Source of the DNA: Octopus sinensis
Lineage: Eukaryota
Reading direction: 5' to 3'
Assembly (NCBI RefSeq): GCF_006345805.1
Contig: NC_043006.1
Coordinates: forward strand, 31,620,001-31,684,000
Length of the DNA stretch: 64,000 bases
Position 1 is the stretch's first letter. Each line of letters opens with the position of its first letter. The notes beneath the pieces are model-generated. The model saw nothing but the letters and a program-made list of their open reading frames with translations. It did no database searches and had not been told where the DNA came from. The position numbers and the translations under genes were made by a program. Below are positions 38,252 through 49,762 of this stretch, one piece after another.

Positions 38252-39768
38252 ATGTAATATATATGCAATATATGTATGTATGTGGTATGTATATATGTAT
38301 GTGTATGTATGAATTCTCCATTTTCTTTCCCTTCCCTCGCTTTATGTCTATATCTTTTTTTCTTTCTTTCGTTATTACTTCGTTTCTCTCCCTTCGTGTG
38401 CATGTGAGAGAGAGAGAGAGGGGGGTGGAGAAAGAGAGAGAAGAAAGTTAAAGGACGAGGTACTGACTGCCATGCGCAAAAAAAAAGTTAGAAATTCCTT
38501 CCTTAGAGAAAAAGAAAATAAAACAAAGTAACAATTGTTAAATAATTAATAAAGAAAAAAGGGAGATAATTTGAGAAAAATTAAGAATTAATCTCTGAAA
38601 CTTAATTTCCTTGGTGTTGGGGGTGGGTAGGAAAACCTGAGCTTTGTGCCTATGCAAAGGACAATTCTAGGCTTGTTTTGCTACTAATCTATTCATCCAC
38701 ATCACAACAGTACAGTCTATCTAATCAACGATTATGAATAATTTGATAATTTGTTTGCATTTATCTTTATCTATCGGATTCCTGTGGTGAGGAGGGGTGA
38801 GTGCGTGGGCGTGTGTGTTTGATGTTTAAATGCACCTTCCTTTTTCTCCCTGCCTCTCGATTTCTCTCTCCCTCTCTCTCTCTCCCTTTTCCAATCTCCC
38901 TCCTACTCTTTCCCTCTGCCATTCTCTGTCCTCCCTCTCTCTCACATTCCACCCTCTCTCTCTCTCTCTCAGCCTCAAGCTGTAAAGTAATGGCAGAGTT
39001 GTTAGAACGTTGGATACCTAGTGGTATTTGATCATTCTTTTGCTCTTTGAATCCAGATTCCGCCGGAGTCATCTGTACTTTTCCCCCGATCGAGGGCCAT
39101 AAAGAACGAGACCAAGGCGATGAAACTGGCAGAACTGTAAGGGCGTCCGATGTCTTACTGTAAACACCTCAGAGAACAGGATTAGCGTGGATAGGCAAGC
39201 CTTGCGTATTTGGGTACTTGTTATTCTTACATACAACACCATGCCTAGGTTTGCGTTGTGGGGAGGAGCATTCTAAATGCAGGTCCATAAATTCACGAAG
39301 CATACAGAGGCGTCTGGGTGTGTTTAGGAGTGAGTATTAGCCGTGGATGAGGATGAAAACGACCATCCATCAGGTGCTCAGTTTGAGGATGGGGGGGAAT
39401 GGCCTGCAGCTATATAGGTTAGCTGCAAATACTCAAGAAGCAGTCCCTGACAAAATCATGGGTTGCTCTTTGACAAGGCATCACATTCTGCCACCTGCCA
39501 GGGTCACGGTGAAATCCTGAAACCTTGAAAAGAGCAGAAATTCCACTATCATTGGATAGCAGAATGGTTATAGAGAATGAAATGCAAAGTATGAAAGAAT
39601 TCTTTGTCTTTAGATTTCTTCCCATTTTGCAGAACGAATTACATTTTTATGAATCTTGGCCTGGAAACCCGTCAGTTTGACTGAAACTGCAATCGTGTAT
39701 AGAACCTGCGAACTTAAACGAGAAATTAGCAATCAAAAGATATTCTATGGTTTGCCATGGAATCGGAC

Positions 39769-40124
39769 GCTGTAATTTAGCCCCAGGAGATATCGTCTCC
39801 AGCTGGCTATACGACACGATCTGTGTCCTTATATTTTCGAACAAGGGAATCCAGCACCCTAACTCAGCTAAAAAAAAAACAATATCTGTGTATCGCGATT
39901 TCCGGGTTATTTCCCTTCATCAGCACAGAATAATAGTTTGGCTAGAGGTGGTGCTGCCAAATTCCCCTTCGAAATATATTGTTTTCAAAGTGACGACTAG
40001 TCACTGATCTATAAATAAGACAATTACTGAGTGGGGTGCTAGATTCCCTTGTTCGAAAATATAAGGACAAAGATCGTGAAATATAGCCAGCTGAAGACGA
40101 TGTCTCCTGGGGTTAAATTACAGC
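39769..40124. mobile_element. Foldback element with ~98-bp inverted arms enclosing a hammerhead; probably PLE-derived
   Basis: Arms 39769-39867 and 40027-40124 are near-perfect reverse complements. Confidence 0.7.
39885..39929 (-). ncRNA. Minimal type I hammerhead ribozyme with intact core and palindromic stem III
   Basis: UCUGUG CUGAUGA A GGG aaauaa CCC G GAA AUCGCGAU A CACAGA. Confidence 0.7.
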
Positions 40125-40310
40125 AACATTCGTCCTAAACCAGGACTGCCATGTGATGTTGGAAAAAAATCTTTACTCCAAAGTACTGTTGCTGAATATC
40201 TCTCGTTGTAAGATTTTAAAATAGTAATTTACTAATGTTGATTCTTTCTAATATAGTCACAAGGCCTGAAATTTTACATTGACCAGTATTCAACTGGTAC
40301 TTATTTTATT

Positions 40311-40424
40311 GAAGAAGAAGAAGAAGAAGAAGAAGAAGAAGAAGAAGAAGAAGAAGAAGAAGAAGAAGAAGAAGAAGAAGAAGAAGAAGAAGAAGAAGAA
40401 GAAGAAGAAGAAGAAGAAGAAGAA
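40311..40424 (+). repeat. Pure (GAA)38 microsatellite
   Basis: 114 nt of uninterrupted GAA at the 5' junction of a LINE fragment. Confidence 0.95.
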
Positions 40425-40425
40425 T

Positions 40426-41180
40426 TGGGCATAGCTTGAACGAGGTGATTTGAAGCGTACCACCGAAAGTCTGATCATTGCTGTACAAGACCAGGCACTC
40501 GCTATCAATTCAATGAAGTATAACATCTATATAACTTCTGACACCCACAAATACAGACTCTGTGGAAAGAGTGTGGAAAATGAAACCTACTTGGTAAGTG
40601 GATGTGAGAGCCTTGCACAAAAAGAATACAAGCGCCGCCACGATAAAGTGTGTGTGTATCTTCATGGGCTCTTGTGCCGTAAATACCAATATGAAGTAAC
40701 AGGGAACTGGTATGAGCATATACCAAGTAAAGTTATGCAGGAGAATGGAAAAGTAACGATACTCTGGAACTACGATTTTCATACGGATCGTGTAATCGAA
40801 CACCGTAGGCCGGATATTGTCATATTGAATAAGAGAGACAAATACTGTCAGATCACTGATGTAGCAATACCAAATGACATGAATGTTGTGAGTAAAGAGG
40901 TTGCAAAAATCACCAAGTACTCCGAATTGAAAGTGGAAATGGCAAGGCTGTATGGAATGCGAGAGGGTAATGTAAAAGTGATAGCAGTGGTAATCGGGGC
41001 GTTGGGCTCAATCCTATTGAAACTTTTAAACTTCTTAAGGCAATTGGAAATCCCGTGCAAGATTGATGTCTTGCGAAAAGCAGCTTTATTGGGCACAGCG
41101 CACATCTTAAGGAAAGTGACTTGACAAATGACTAAAGACTCCGGTACATTTTTACCTACAATGTGTTACGAAGAAATAAT

Positions 41181-41200
<20 letters not shown>
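40426..41200 (+). mobile_element. R4/Dong-type LINE 3' end; open 224-codon C-terminal frame (40450-41124), short 3' UTR and (TAA)n tail
   Basis: ESLIIAVQDQAL; degenerate CCHC (YRLC..SVENETYLVSGC); YKRRHDKV; ILWNYDFHTD..RRPDIVI..ITDVAIP..KITKY (RLE PD..D..K); RKAALLGTAHILRKV*. Confidence 0.92.
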
Positions 41201-41219
<19 letters not shown>

Positions 41220-41586
41220 CCTTTCTACTATAGGCACAAAGACTGGATTTTTGTGGGGAGGGAGACAATCGACCACATCGACCCCAGTACTTGAGTAGTA
41301 CTTAATTTATCGACCCGAAAGAATGAAAGTCGACTTTGGCGGAATTTGAACTCAGAACTTTCAATAGACAAAATACCTATTTCTTTACTATCCACAAGGG
41401 GCTAAACACAGAGGGGACAAACAAGAACAAACAAACGGATTAAGTCGATTACATCGACCCCAGTGCGTAACTGGTACTTAATTTATCGACCCCGAAAGGA
41501 TGAAGGGCAAAGTCGACCTCGGCGGAATTTGAACTCAGAACGTAACGGCAGACGAAATACGGCTAAGCATTTCGCCCGGCGTCCTA
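41220..41586 (-). mobile_element. Two nested SINE A copies: tail-2 copy (41370-41586) fused into the head of a tail-1 copy (41220-41370)
   Basis: Minus-strand junction ...GTAAAGAAATAG|GTATTTTGTCT...GTTCTGAGTTCAAATTCC. Confidence 0.85.
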
Positions 41587-41811
41587 ACAACAACAACAAT
41601 AATAATAATAATGATAATAATAACAATAACAACAACTAAATAAAAGAATAAATATGCATATGTAAAAAAAAACTTTAATGAAAGAGTGAGGCACTAATCA
41701 GTTCATTAAATAAAACCAATTAAGATGAAGCAAATTATTAAGATTTTTTAGATTTGGCAGATTATTACATCTTGGTAACAACTGACAACAAGACATGTTT
41801 GGGGCGTGGAA

Positions 41812-41851
<40 letters not shown>

Positions 41852-42320
41852 CTCTCTCTCTCTTTGTTTCTTACTCTTTCTCTCTTTCTCTTTCTCATTC
41901 TCTTTCTCTTTCATTCTTTCCCTCTCTATGCACATGCGCGCGCACACACACACACACCACACACAAATAGATTAGGAAATGCTTGAATAGGAGTCTGTGT
42001 TATGTATATAAGCTTGTATGTATGTATGTACGTATGTATGTATGTATGTATGTATGTATGTATGTATGTATGTATGTATGTATGTATGTATGTATGCGTG
42101 TACATACGTTTTCATTCTAATTGGAGTTTAAGCGTTTACTTGATTGGCTGCCAGATTGGCAGCAAGATTCTAACGAAAACATAAATTAAAAATCAAAAAT
42201 ATCTTGATTTTTTTCATCATTCTTTGATAACTATTCACCCTTTATGTATTAAAATAAGTTTTGCTATAGTTTCGTGATATAAAAATTCGGTATCAACAAA
42301 CCAAATATTCTACAACATAG

Positions 42321-42993
42321 TATGTCGTGTCAAAAGTTTTGCAATATTTTGGTGAGTTATTTGCTCTATCCGTTGTTACAATAAAAGAGCCTGGCATTCA
42401 ATGTTGAGGAATTCCTCTTTCGCTCGCGACGCTTCACCAACCAAGAAAGGATTTGATTTGCAAGATTCTTTATGTGAGTTCGTGTATTGAAGCTTATTCT
42501 GTTGTGTATGGGGAGAGTCATTCTCCTTTAGTGTCTTATAATTTAACACACGCACCGGTAAAATTTTTCACTCATTTATTTATTTTTCTAAAATTTTCGT
42601 TGCATCTTGCAACATTTTCAATAGTTGTTGAATCTACAACTTGAATAACGGACACAGTCAACGACTATTCAAAAGGTTGCAAGGCGCAACGAAAATTTTA
42701 GGAAAATAAAAATAAGAAATAAGTGGAAATTTTACCGGTGCGTGTATTAAATTATAAGGCACAAAAAGAGAATGACTCTCCCCAGACACAACAGAAATCA
42801 GTGAAGGAGTTTTTTTTTGCCTCGAAAGGCAAGAACTGGTGTCAGTATTGGATCAAATGATTGGTAGAAAGGTGGCTTCAGACGCTGCAACACGATGGCC
42901 TCTGCTTTCGATGCTGGGCTGCTTTTGTTGTAATTTGGCAAATAAAGCTTATAAGTTACCAAAATATTACAAAACTTTTGACTCAACACAATA
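42321..42993 (+). mobile_element. Internally deleted mariner with both TIRs, interrupted by a palindromic insertion
   Basis: TIRs TATGTCGTGTCAAAAGTTTTGCAATATTTTGG and CCAAAATATTACAAAACTTTTGACTCAACACAATA; RRFTNQE | insertion | SVKEFFASKGKNW...LVERWLQTLQHDGLCF. Confidence 0.8.
42451..42797. mobile_element. Palindromic insertion (arms ~130 bp, 42497-42796), probably a PLE inverted terminus
   Basis: Near-perfect inverted arms with an unpaired left extension; the right arm carries GTTGC aaggc GCAAC GAAA (hammerhead stem II-like). Confidence 0.65.
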
Positions 42994-43402
42994 TAATGAG
43001 CAATTCTCTCCCATTCGTTCGGCACATTTGAATGTTCACATTAGTCTCAGATCAATCTTCACAGAACAGACTTTGTAGTAAGAAGCATTCCAGCTGTGGC
43101 TATCCAGACTGTTTTCTTTATGCTCAGAACCCAGAGCAAATTATCTAAGGTGTCCTTCTAAAATGGTGAGATTCCAAAGCTTTTGCTGCTATTTCTAACA
43201 GATTGATTGACAACGTGGAGGCTTCATCTGCAACTCGCATTCATGCTGTGATGACAGGAATTGAACTGTGAATCACACCTCATCGATCAGTAGACAAACT
43301 CCAGTCACCACCTCAGTGAGATTTGACCGATGGTTAAACAAGACATCAATATTCACTTATATCTATCCATTTATCTATCTATCTATATATCTATTCTTAA
43401 AC

Positions 43403-43589
43403 AAGAATATTATCATTATTTACATTTGACGGATATTTGTCCTCATCTTGTTTGTCGTTTATGAAGGCTGGAGAGTAAATCAGCCGAAACGTTGTGTGAA
43501 TAACAAACAAGATGAAGACAAATATCCGTCAAATGTAAATAATGTACACAGTTCCTCAACTCATAAATATAGAACTGAAGAATATTATC
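43403..43589 (+). mobile_element. Small Penelope-like insertion with 12-bp TSD and internal inversion
   Basis: AAGAATATTATC at 43403-43414 and 43578-43589; inverted arms 43414-43459 and 43502-43544; partial hammerhead ATGA A GGCTG...CAGCC GAAACGTT. Confidence 0.75.
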
Positions 43590-43868
43590 GGTAGTGACTT
43601 CTAAGTTTCGGCCAGGTAAGCCATCGTTGGACTGCAGTGTATTGAAGTTAATCTTGGCTTTATAGAGTTTCCTTTAGTTTATGGGTTTCAATGGAATAAT
43701 AATTAGGTTCTAAGGGACATTATTATTTATCTTTCTTTCTCGCTCTCTGTCTACCAGTCTATTTTGCTTAACTCTCACATTGTGGTATTCTAACAAAACC
43801 TTGAAGTTTTCTTAGAATACCACTTTGCCTTTCATCCTTTCAGGGTTGATGAATTAAGTACCAGTTGC

Positions 43869-44150
43869 GTCTTCTTGGTGCTTTAAAGAAATTTACAATA
43901 TTATTATCAAACATATAAGCTTCAATTATTGTGATGAATCAATCATGCGCATCTTTAAAAGGTCTCGTAACCCATCCAAGGACATGTCAACCTGTTCTCG
44001 TGTACATTCAGATCATCCTAGCGAGATTGTTAACTGGTACTCCGTCGGTTACGACGACGGGTCTTGCAACTGCTCCAGTCAATGGCCTGCTCGTGAAATT
44101 AATGTGCAAGTAGCTGAGCGCTCCATAGACACGTGTACCCTTAATGTAGT
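43869..44150 (+). repeat. 282-bp copy of 47869-48150 inserted inside a SINE A
   Basis: Ungapped homology; SINE A sequence stops at CAGTTGCGT and resumes at GTCGATCTAATCGAC. Confidence 0.85.
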
Positions 44151-45176
44151 CGATCTAATCGACTTCCCCACCACCACCACCACCACCAAACATTTCGGGC
44201 CTTGTGCCTAGAGAAGAAGAAATTCTAACGAAACCTATCATAAAAAATATAAGAAAAAATTAATTAAAATGAAGAAATGTTCCTATAGCTTATCGCATAG
44301 TCTTCCGTTGTCTTTCATAGCCCCTCTTACAAAACGGCATTTAACCACACCGACATTATCCTTTTCTGTAAATGAACAATCGCTTCACCTTTAATTGCCG
44401 TTTCTAATCTTAATATTTCTACCAGCCACCACGGCTCAAACCATCAGAAAACAGCACCAACACAACCATAAGAGCTGCCAATGTCGTTATCACCATTAAC
44501 ATCACAAGCATAGCCACCATTGCTGCTCACAACACCACTGTCTTTACTAACACCAACACTGCCACTACTTATAACACTACTACTGCAAGCGCCACTACTA
44601 TGGTGACCACCACCAATGACACTGCCATTATCTCTACTTCTCCACCCAACACTAACACCACCACCACCACCAGTGTATGCCCAACATGAGCGACTCCGCT
44701 TAATCCAATACCACTACCACCACCACTATCCGGCCCCACCATCACCATCACTATCACTACCACCATTCCCACCACCACCACCACCACCACCATCACCATC
44801 ACCATCACCACCACCACCATCCCCACCACTATCATCACTGCCATTACTACCAGAAGTGGCAGGACAGAGAGTGATTGCACGTCATTAAAAAACGGCAAGT
44901 AATTTCCTTTGTTAGTCTAAACTTAATTTCATTGTCTGCCAGCGTATCCGTAGTTAGGGGCCTACACACACACACACACACACTTTCATACATACACATA
45001 CATACATACATACATACATACATACATACATACATAAATACATACATATACATACATACATACATACATAGAAATATGTCTATGTATATATGTGTATGTA
45101 TATATATATATGTATATATATATGTATATATATATGTATGTATACATGTATGCATATATATGTATATATATGTATA

Positions 45177-45212
<36 letters not shown>

Positions 45213-45636
45213 TGTATGTAGTATGTATGTATGTAGTATGTATGTATATATATATAGATAATATATATATATATATATAATATATTATATATATATATAT
45301 ATTATGTATGTATATATATATTATATATATATAATATATATGTATATATATAATATATATATATATTATATATATGTATGTATGTTGTATGTATGTATGT
45401 ATGTATGTGTGTATGTATGTATATACACATATACATACACACACACGCACGCATACTTATATCCTTACATGCGTGTTTGTAAATAAGGGGAGAGAGAGAA
45501 AAAATGAGAGAGAGAGAGGGAGAGAAGGGGAGGAAAGGGTGTTCCACACAGAATAACAATAATCTAAACAATTCCACTCCCATCAACAACAATCAATATC
45601 AGTTACATTCAAACACACATACACACTTACACACAC

Positions 45637-45675
<39 letters not shown>

Positions 45676-46193
45676 TACATACATACTTCTACACACACGC
45701 AATTATACACACGCTAAGTAAGTGTATGAATGAAAATTAGTATTTAAAGTGTCAAACTTCCTTGAAACTATGTTTTTTATTCGCTTTTCATTACCTTTTC
45801 GTCATGCCGTCGCCGTCGTTGTCGTGACAGTTGTTGTTGTTGGTGGTGGTGGTCGGTGTTGTTGATGTCATTTAGTCCCAAGCAGTCCTTATGATCAAAG
45901 AATGACGTCCCTAATCTTCACCATTCCGCCCTTTCTCACATTGTGCTCTGCAGACGATTGCATTATCCCAATATGACCGTCTCCATTTTAACATAGAGGC
46001 ATATTCTCACATAGAGAGAGAGAGAGAGAGAGGAGAGATTTAACAGCTATTTCTAGCAGGTTTTAGTGACCTTGAGCAGACTGCTACTCTTATTCCTCAT
46101 TTTCCAAGAACGTCTTCTGGCTGATTGCGATTATGAAGCAGTTTCGTTTCCTTGTTATATTTTGCAGTTTATTTCCTGATAGTTGTTTCGCAG

Positions 46194-46324
46194 AATAAGC
46201 TTGAAACGTCTTCAGAAGTGACATTTGATATCTCTATTATAAGAATTATAGCTAATCCTATGAATGCGCTGAATAACGATGATTTTCCACGTATCACGAA
46301 TGCTGTTTTGATGTCTCCTGCCGA
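46194..46324 (+). CDS. Candidate 131-nt coding exon (NKLETSSEVTFDISIIRIIANPMNALNNDDFPRITNAVLMSPA)
   Basis: Acceptor TTGTTTCGCAG, donor CGA|GTGAGT; only frame 0 is open. Confidence 0.35.
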
Positions 46325-46584
46325 GTGAGTTTACATATTTGTTTCATATTTTGTGCACAAGACCAGCAATTTGTGGGTAGGAACAAGGTTATTACATCGA
46401 ACCCCAGTGATGAACTGGTACTTATTTTATCGACTCCAAGACTGAAGCCTGGATATCTGTAAGCATACAGCACAACACAGAGAGAAAGAAAAAACAGGAG
46501 AGTTTTGACATGTCGACTCCAAGACACAGGAATGATACATGACTGATAGCTGCTAATTTGTTATTCTGACAATAATATTGGTAC

Positions 46585-46745
46585 AAAGCCAACAAATTCA
46601 GGGGAGAGCGGCAGTCAGTCCTCAACCCCGAAAGGATAAAATGCAAAACCGATGGCAGTGGTATTTGAACTTAGAACGAACAGACGACAAAATACCACTA
46701 AGCATTTTGCCTGGCGCGCTAACGATTTTGCCAGCTCGCCGCCTT
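46585..46745 (-). mobile_element. SINE family A, decayed
   Basis: Minus-strand head GGCGAGCTGGCAAAATCGTTAGCGCGCCAGGCAAAATGCTTAG. Confidence 0.75.
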
Positions 46746-46776
46746 GTTATTCTGACAAAATATTAATTTTTTATTG

Positions 46777-46831
<55 letters not shown>

Positions 46832-46839
<8 letters not shown>

Positions 46840-47099
46840 AATCACGAAAATGCACATTGCAAATAAAAAAAGGCTATTTATGACAGGTAACGATAAATAT
46901 ATACATTTAGATTGACTGAGGTAGTAATACGAGTCATAAAAGTCATTATTATGAGATGATTATAAGATGATAATAAAGTAAGATAACAAAACGGACCATG
47001 GTTTACGCGAAGCTATTCTCTAAACGTATATATCTGTCGTTACCTGTCATAAGTAGCCTTTTTTTATTTGCAATGTGCATTTTCGTTGATTTTTCATAT
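46832..47099. mobile_element. Foldback element with ~75-bp inverted arms in TA context
   Basis: ATATGAAAAATCACGAAAATGCACATTGCAAATAAAAAAAGGCTA... mirrored at 47021-47099. Confidence 0.75.
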
Positions 47100-47152
47100 T
47101 TTACCCTTACATTTCAACGTGTATTTTATATTTTCTTTTTGTAACATATTTC

Positions 47153-47191
<39 letters not shown>

Positions 47192-48172
47192 ACAGGATTA
47201 TTTGCTTCTGATTTTATTTTCTCCGCCATATATTCTCTCTGGCATCTTTCAAATGCACAACTATGATTGATATAAAGAAGATTATTTTCGCAGCGATTGG
47301 GTTTCCAAGTTTGTTCTGGTTGTGCAGCACCCTGAGCAATTATGTTAGATTAGCTGTCCTCTTTATCTTCCACCATAGCCTAGGGTTGTGAGTAGAATTT
47401 GATCGACAAAAACAGTGGCTAAATCGATTGTATATGTGCGTGTGTGTGTCTATTAGTGATGTATATCAACAATGGCAGTACCGAAAGCCCTTCGAAATCA
47501 GTCCTTTGACATTAATTACTAACGCTTCCTTTTTATTGTAAACGTCAGAAATGCAATGAGCCTGGAATCGGCCGTTCCAAATCCTGTAAACAACAACGTT
47601 ATTATTATTCACAAATTGCGGTATAGTATAATTAAAATTAAATAATCAAGGATACCTTAATGTCATGCTAAACCATAGAACAATATTGAACGGCTGACTA
47701 CAAAGTTTATTTCATTTATGAAGAAAATATGGCGAACACCTCTCACACTACTTATTCCTAAATTTACTTTTATAAGTAGCCAACTTAAGCATATCAAATT
47801 ATCACATGAAATGCCCCTGGAGATGTTTCAGAGAGATTGAAGCTTACAAATATAATCTTGTCTTCCAGGTCTTCTTGGTGCTTTAAAGAAATTTACTATA
47901 GTATTATCAAACGTATAAGCTTCAATGATTGTGATGAATCAGTCATGCACATCTTTAAAAGGTTCCGTAACCCATCCAAGGACATGTCAACTTGTTCTCG
48001 TGTACATTCAGATCATCCTAGTGAGATTGTTAACTGGTACTCCGTCGGTTACGACGACGGGTCTTGCAATTGCTCCAGTCAATGGCCTGCTCGTGAAATT
48101 AACGTGCAAGTGGCTGAGCACTCTACATACACATGTACCCTTAACGTAGTTCTCGGAGATATTCAGGGTGAC

Positions 48173-48266
<94 letters not shown>

Positions 48267-48408
48267 GTCTGTTTGCCTATCTGTCAAGCTTTGTATAAAG
48301 TTCTATCAATACATCCATATCTCTTTCTCACACGCATATTTCCTCACACATTCTCTCTCTCCCTCTTTCTCTACCAGTTCCTCTCTCGTTCTTTCTCTTC
48401 ACCCTCTC

Positions 48409-48498
<90 letters not shown>

Positions 48499-48599
48499 TT
48501 TCCTCATCTCCATTCTCATTTCGGTTCTTCTGTAACTTGGATTTTTAAAAGGATAACTGCCCTGACACAGAAAATATATTTACACACACAACCCTTTCC

Positions 48600-49045
48600 T
48601 TATCTCATATCATCATCACCTTCATCATCATCATTATCATCGTCATCGTAATCGCCACCACCATCATCACCATCACCAGCATTGCCAGCAACTCATCATC
48701 AATTGCAGCTATAGCATCGTCGTCACCCTCATCGTCATCATGATCGTTGTCGCTGCCACATCATCATCACTCTTATGCTCCTCCTCTCTTCCTCCTCCTC
48801 CTCCTCCTCCTCATCATCATCATCTCATCATCACCACCACCACTACCATTTTATTCATCACTATATTCATTACTATCCTCATCATCTTCATCATCACCAT
48901 CATCATCACCACCACCATCATCATCAGCAGCAGCATCGTCATCACCATCATCATGCTCACCATCATCATCATCATTGCCAACGCCGTTATCATCACCGTC
49001 ATCATCACTATTTCCATCGTCATCATCATCATCATCATCGTTATT
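48600..49045 (+). repeat. Cryptic (CAT/CAC/CCT)n triplet tract
   Basis: Degenerate triplets; source of the poly-H/S/I ORFs. Confidence 0.9.
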
Positions 49046-49762
49046 CATTTCCATTAAAAAAATAATTAAAATTAAAAAAAAAACAACAACGCTGGAGAAG
49101 AAGGCTGCTATCATTGAAAATGAAACGCTCTTGAAGACAATTGCCATTCTGTTGGCGAAGGAAGCGAAAGGGGGCATTTCCTGTTGGGCTTATTTTGTTC
49201 TGCCTTCAGTTTGTTGTTATCACCTTTTACAGATAAACTTGATATGCTGAAGTGAAGAGTGAAATTGTGTGCCAATAGCGCCCTATGTGTAAGTATATAC
49301 TTTGGACGTACAACGCAAACACTCACACACAACACACACACACAAAGATAAACGTGCAAAGGCGAAGACATATATCTCGTATATCTCATATATATATCGT
49401 ATATCATTAGTTTTTATATATACGCAAATAATGTATACACAATAATGAAAACCACAAAACGTGCTTTGAAACAAGCGTAGATAATTACATTTGTGCATAT
49501 ATAGACACAATTTAGTGATTTTATATTCACACACATATATACGTACTAACATATGTACATATACTTGCATATGTATGAAAAATGTGCGTATATATATATA
49601 TATAGATATATATATATATTATATTATATATATATAATATATATATATATAATATATATTATATATTATAATATATATACTACATACATATATATATTAT
49701 ATATATATGTGTGGTGTGTGTGTGGTGTGTGTGTGTGGTGTGTGTGAGTGTGTGTGGTGTGT

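Noticed and set aside
38973-39023. Possible start exon MAELLERWIPS after a CT tract
   Set aside because: The acceptor is just the end of a (CT)n microsatellite and the donor (GTATTT) is weak; it would also conflict with the upstream coding candidate.
47294-47387. AG/GT-bounded 94-nt segment
   Set aside because: The only open frame is phase-incompatible with neighbouring candidates and there is no other support.
49090-49185. Peptide LEKKAAIIENETLLKTIAILLAKEAKGG
   Set aside because: No splice acceptor or ATG; embedded in a low-complexity ORF; unassignable.
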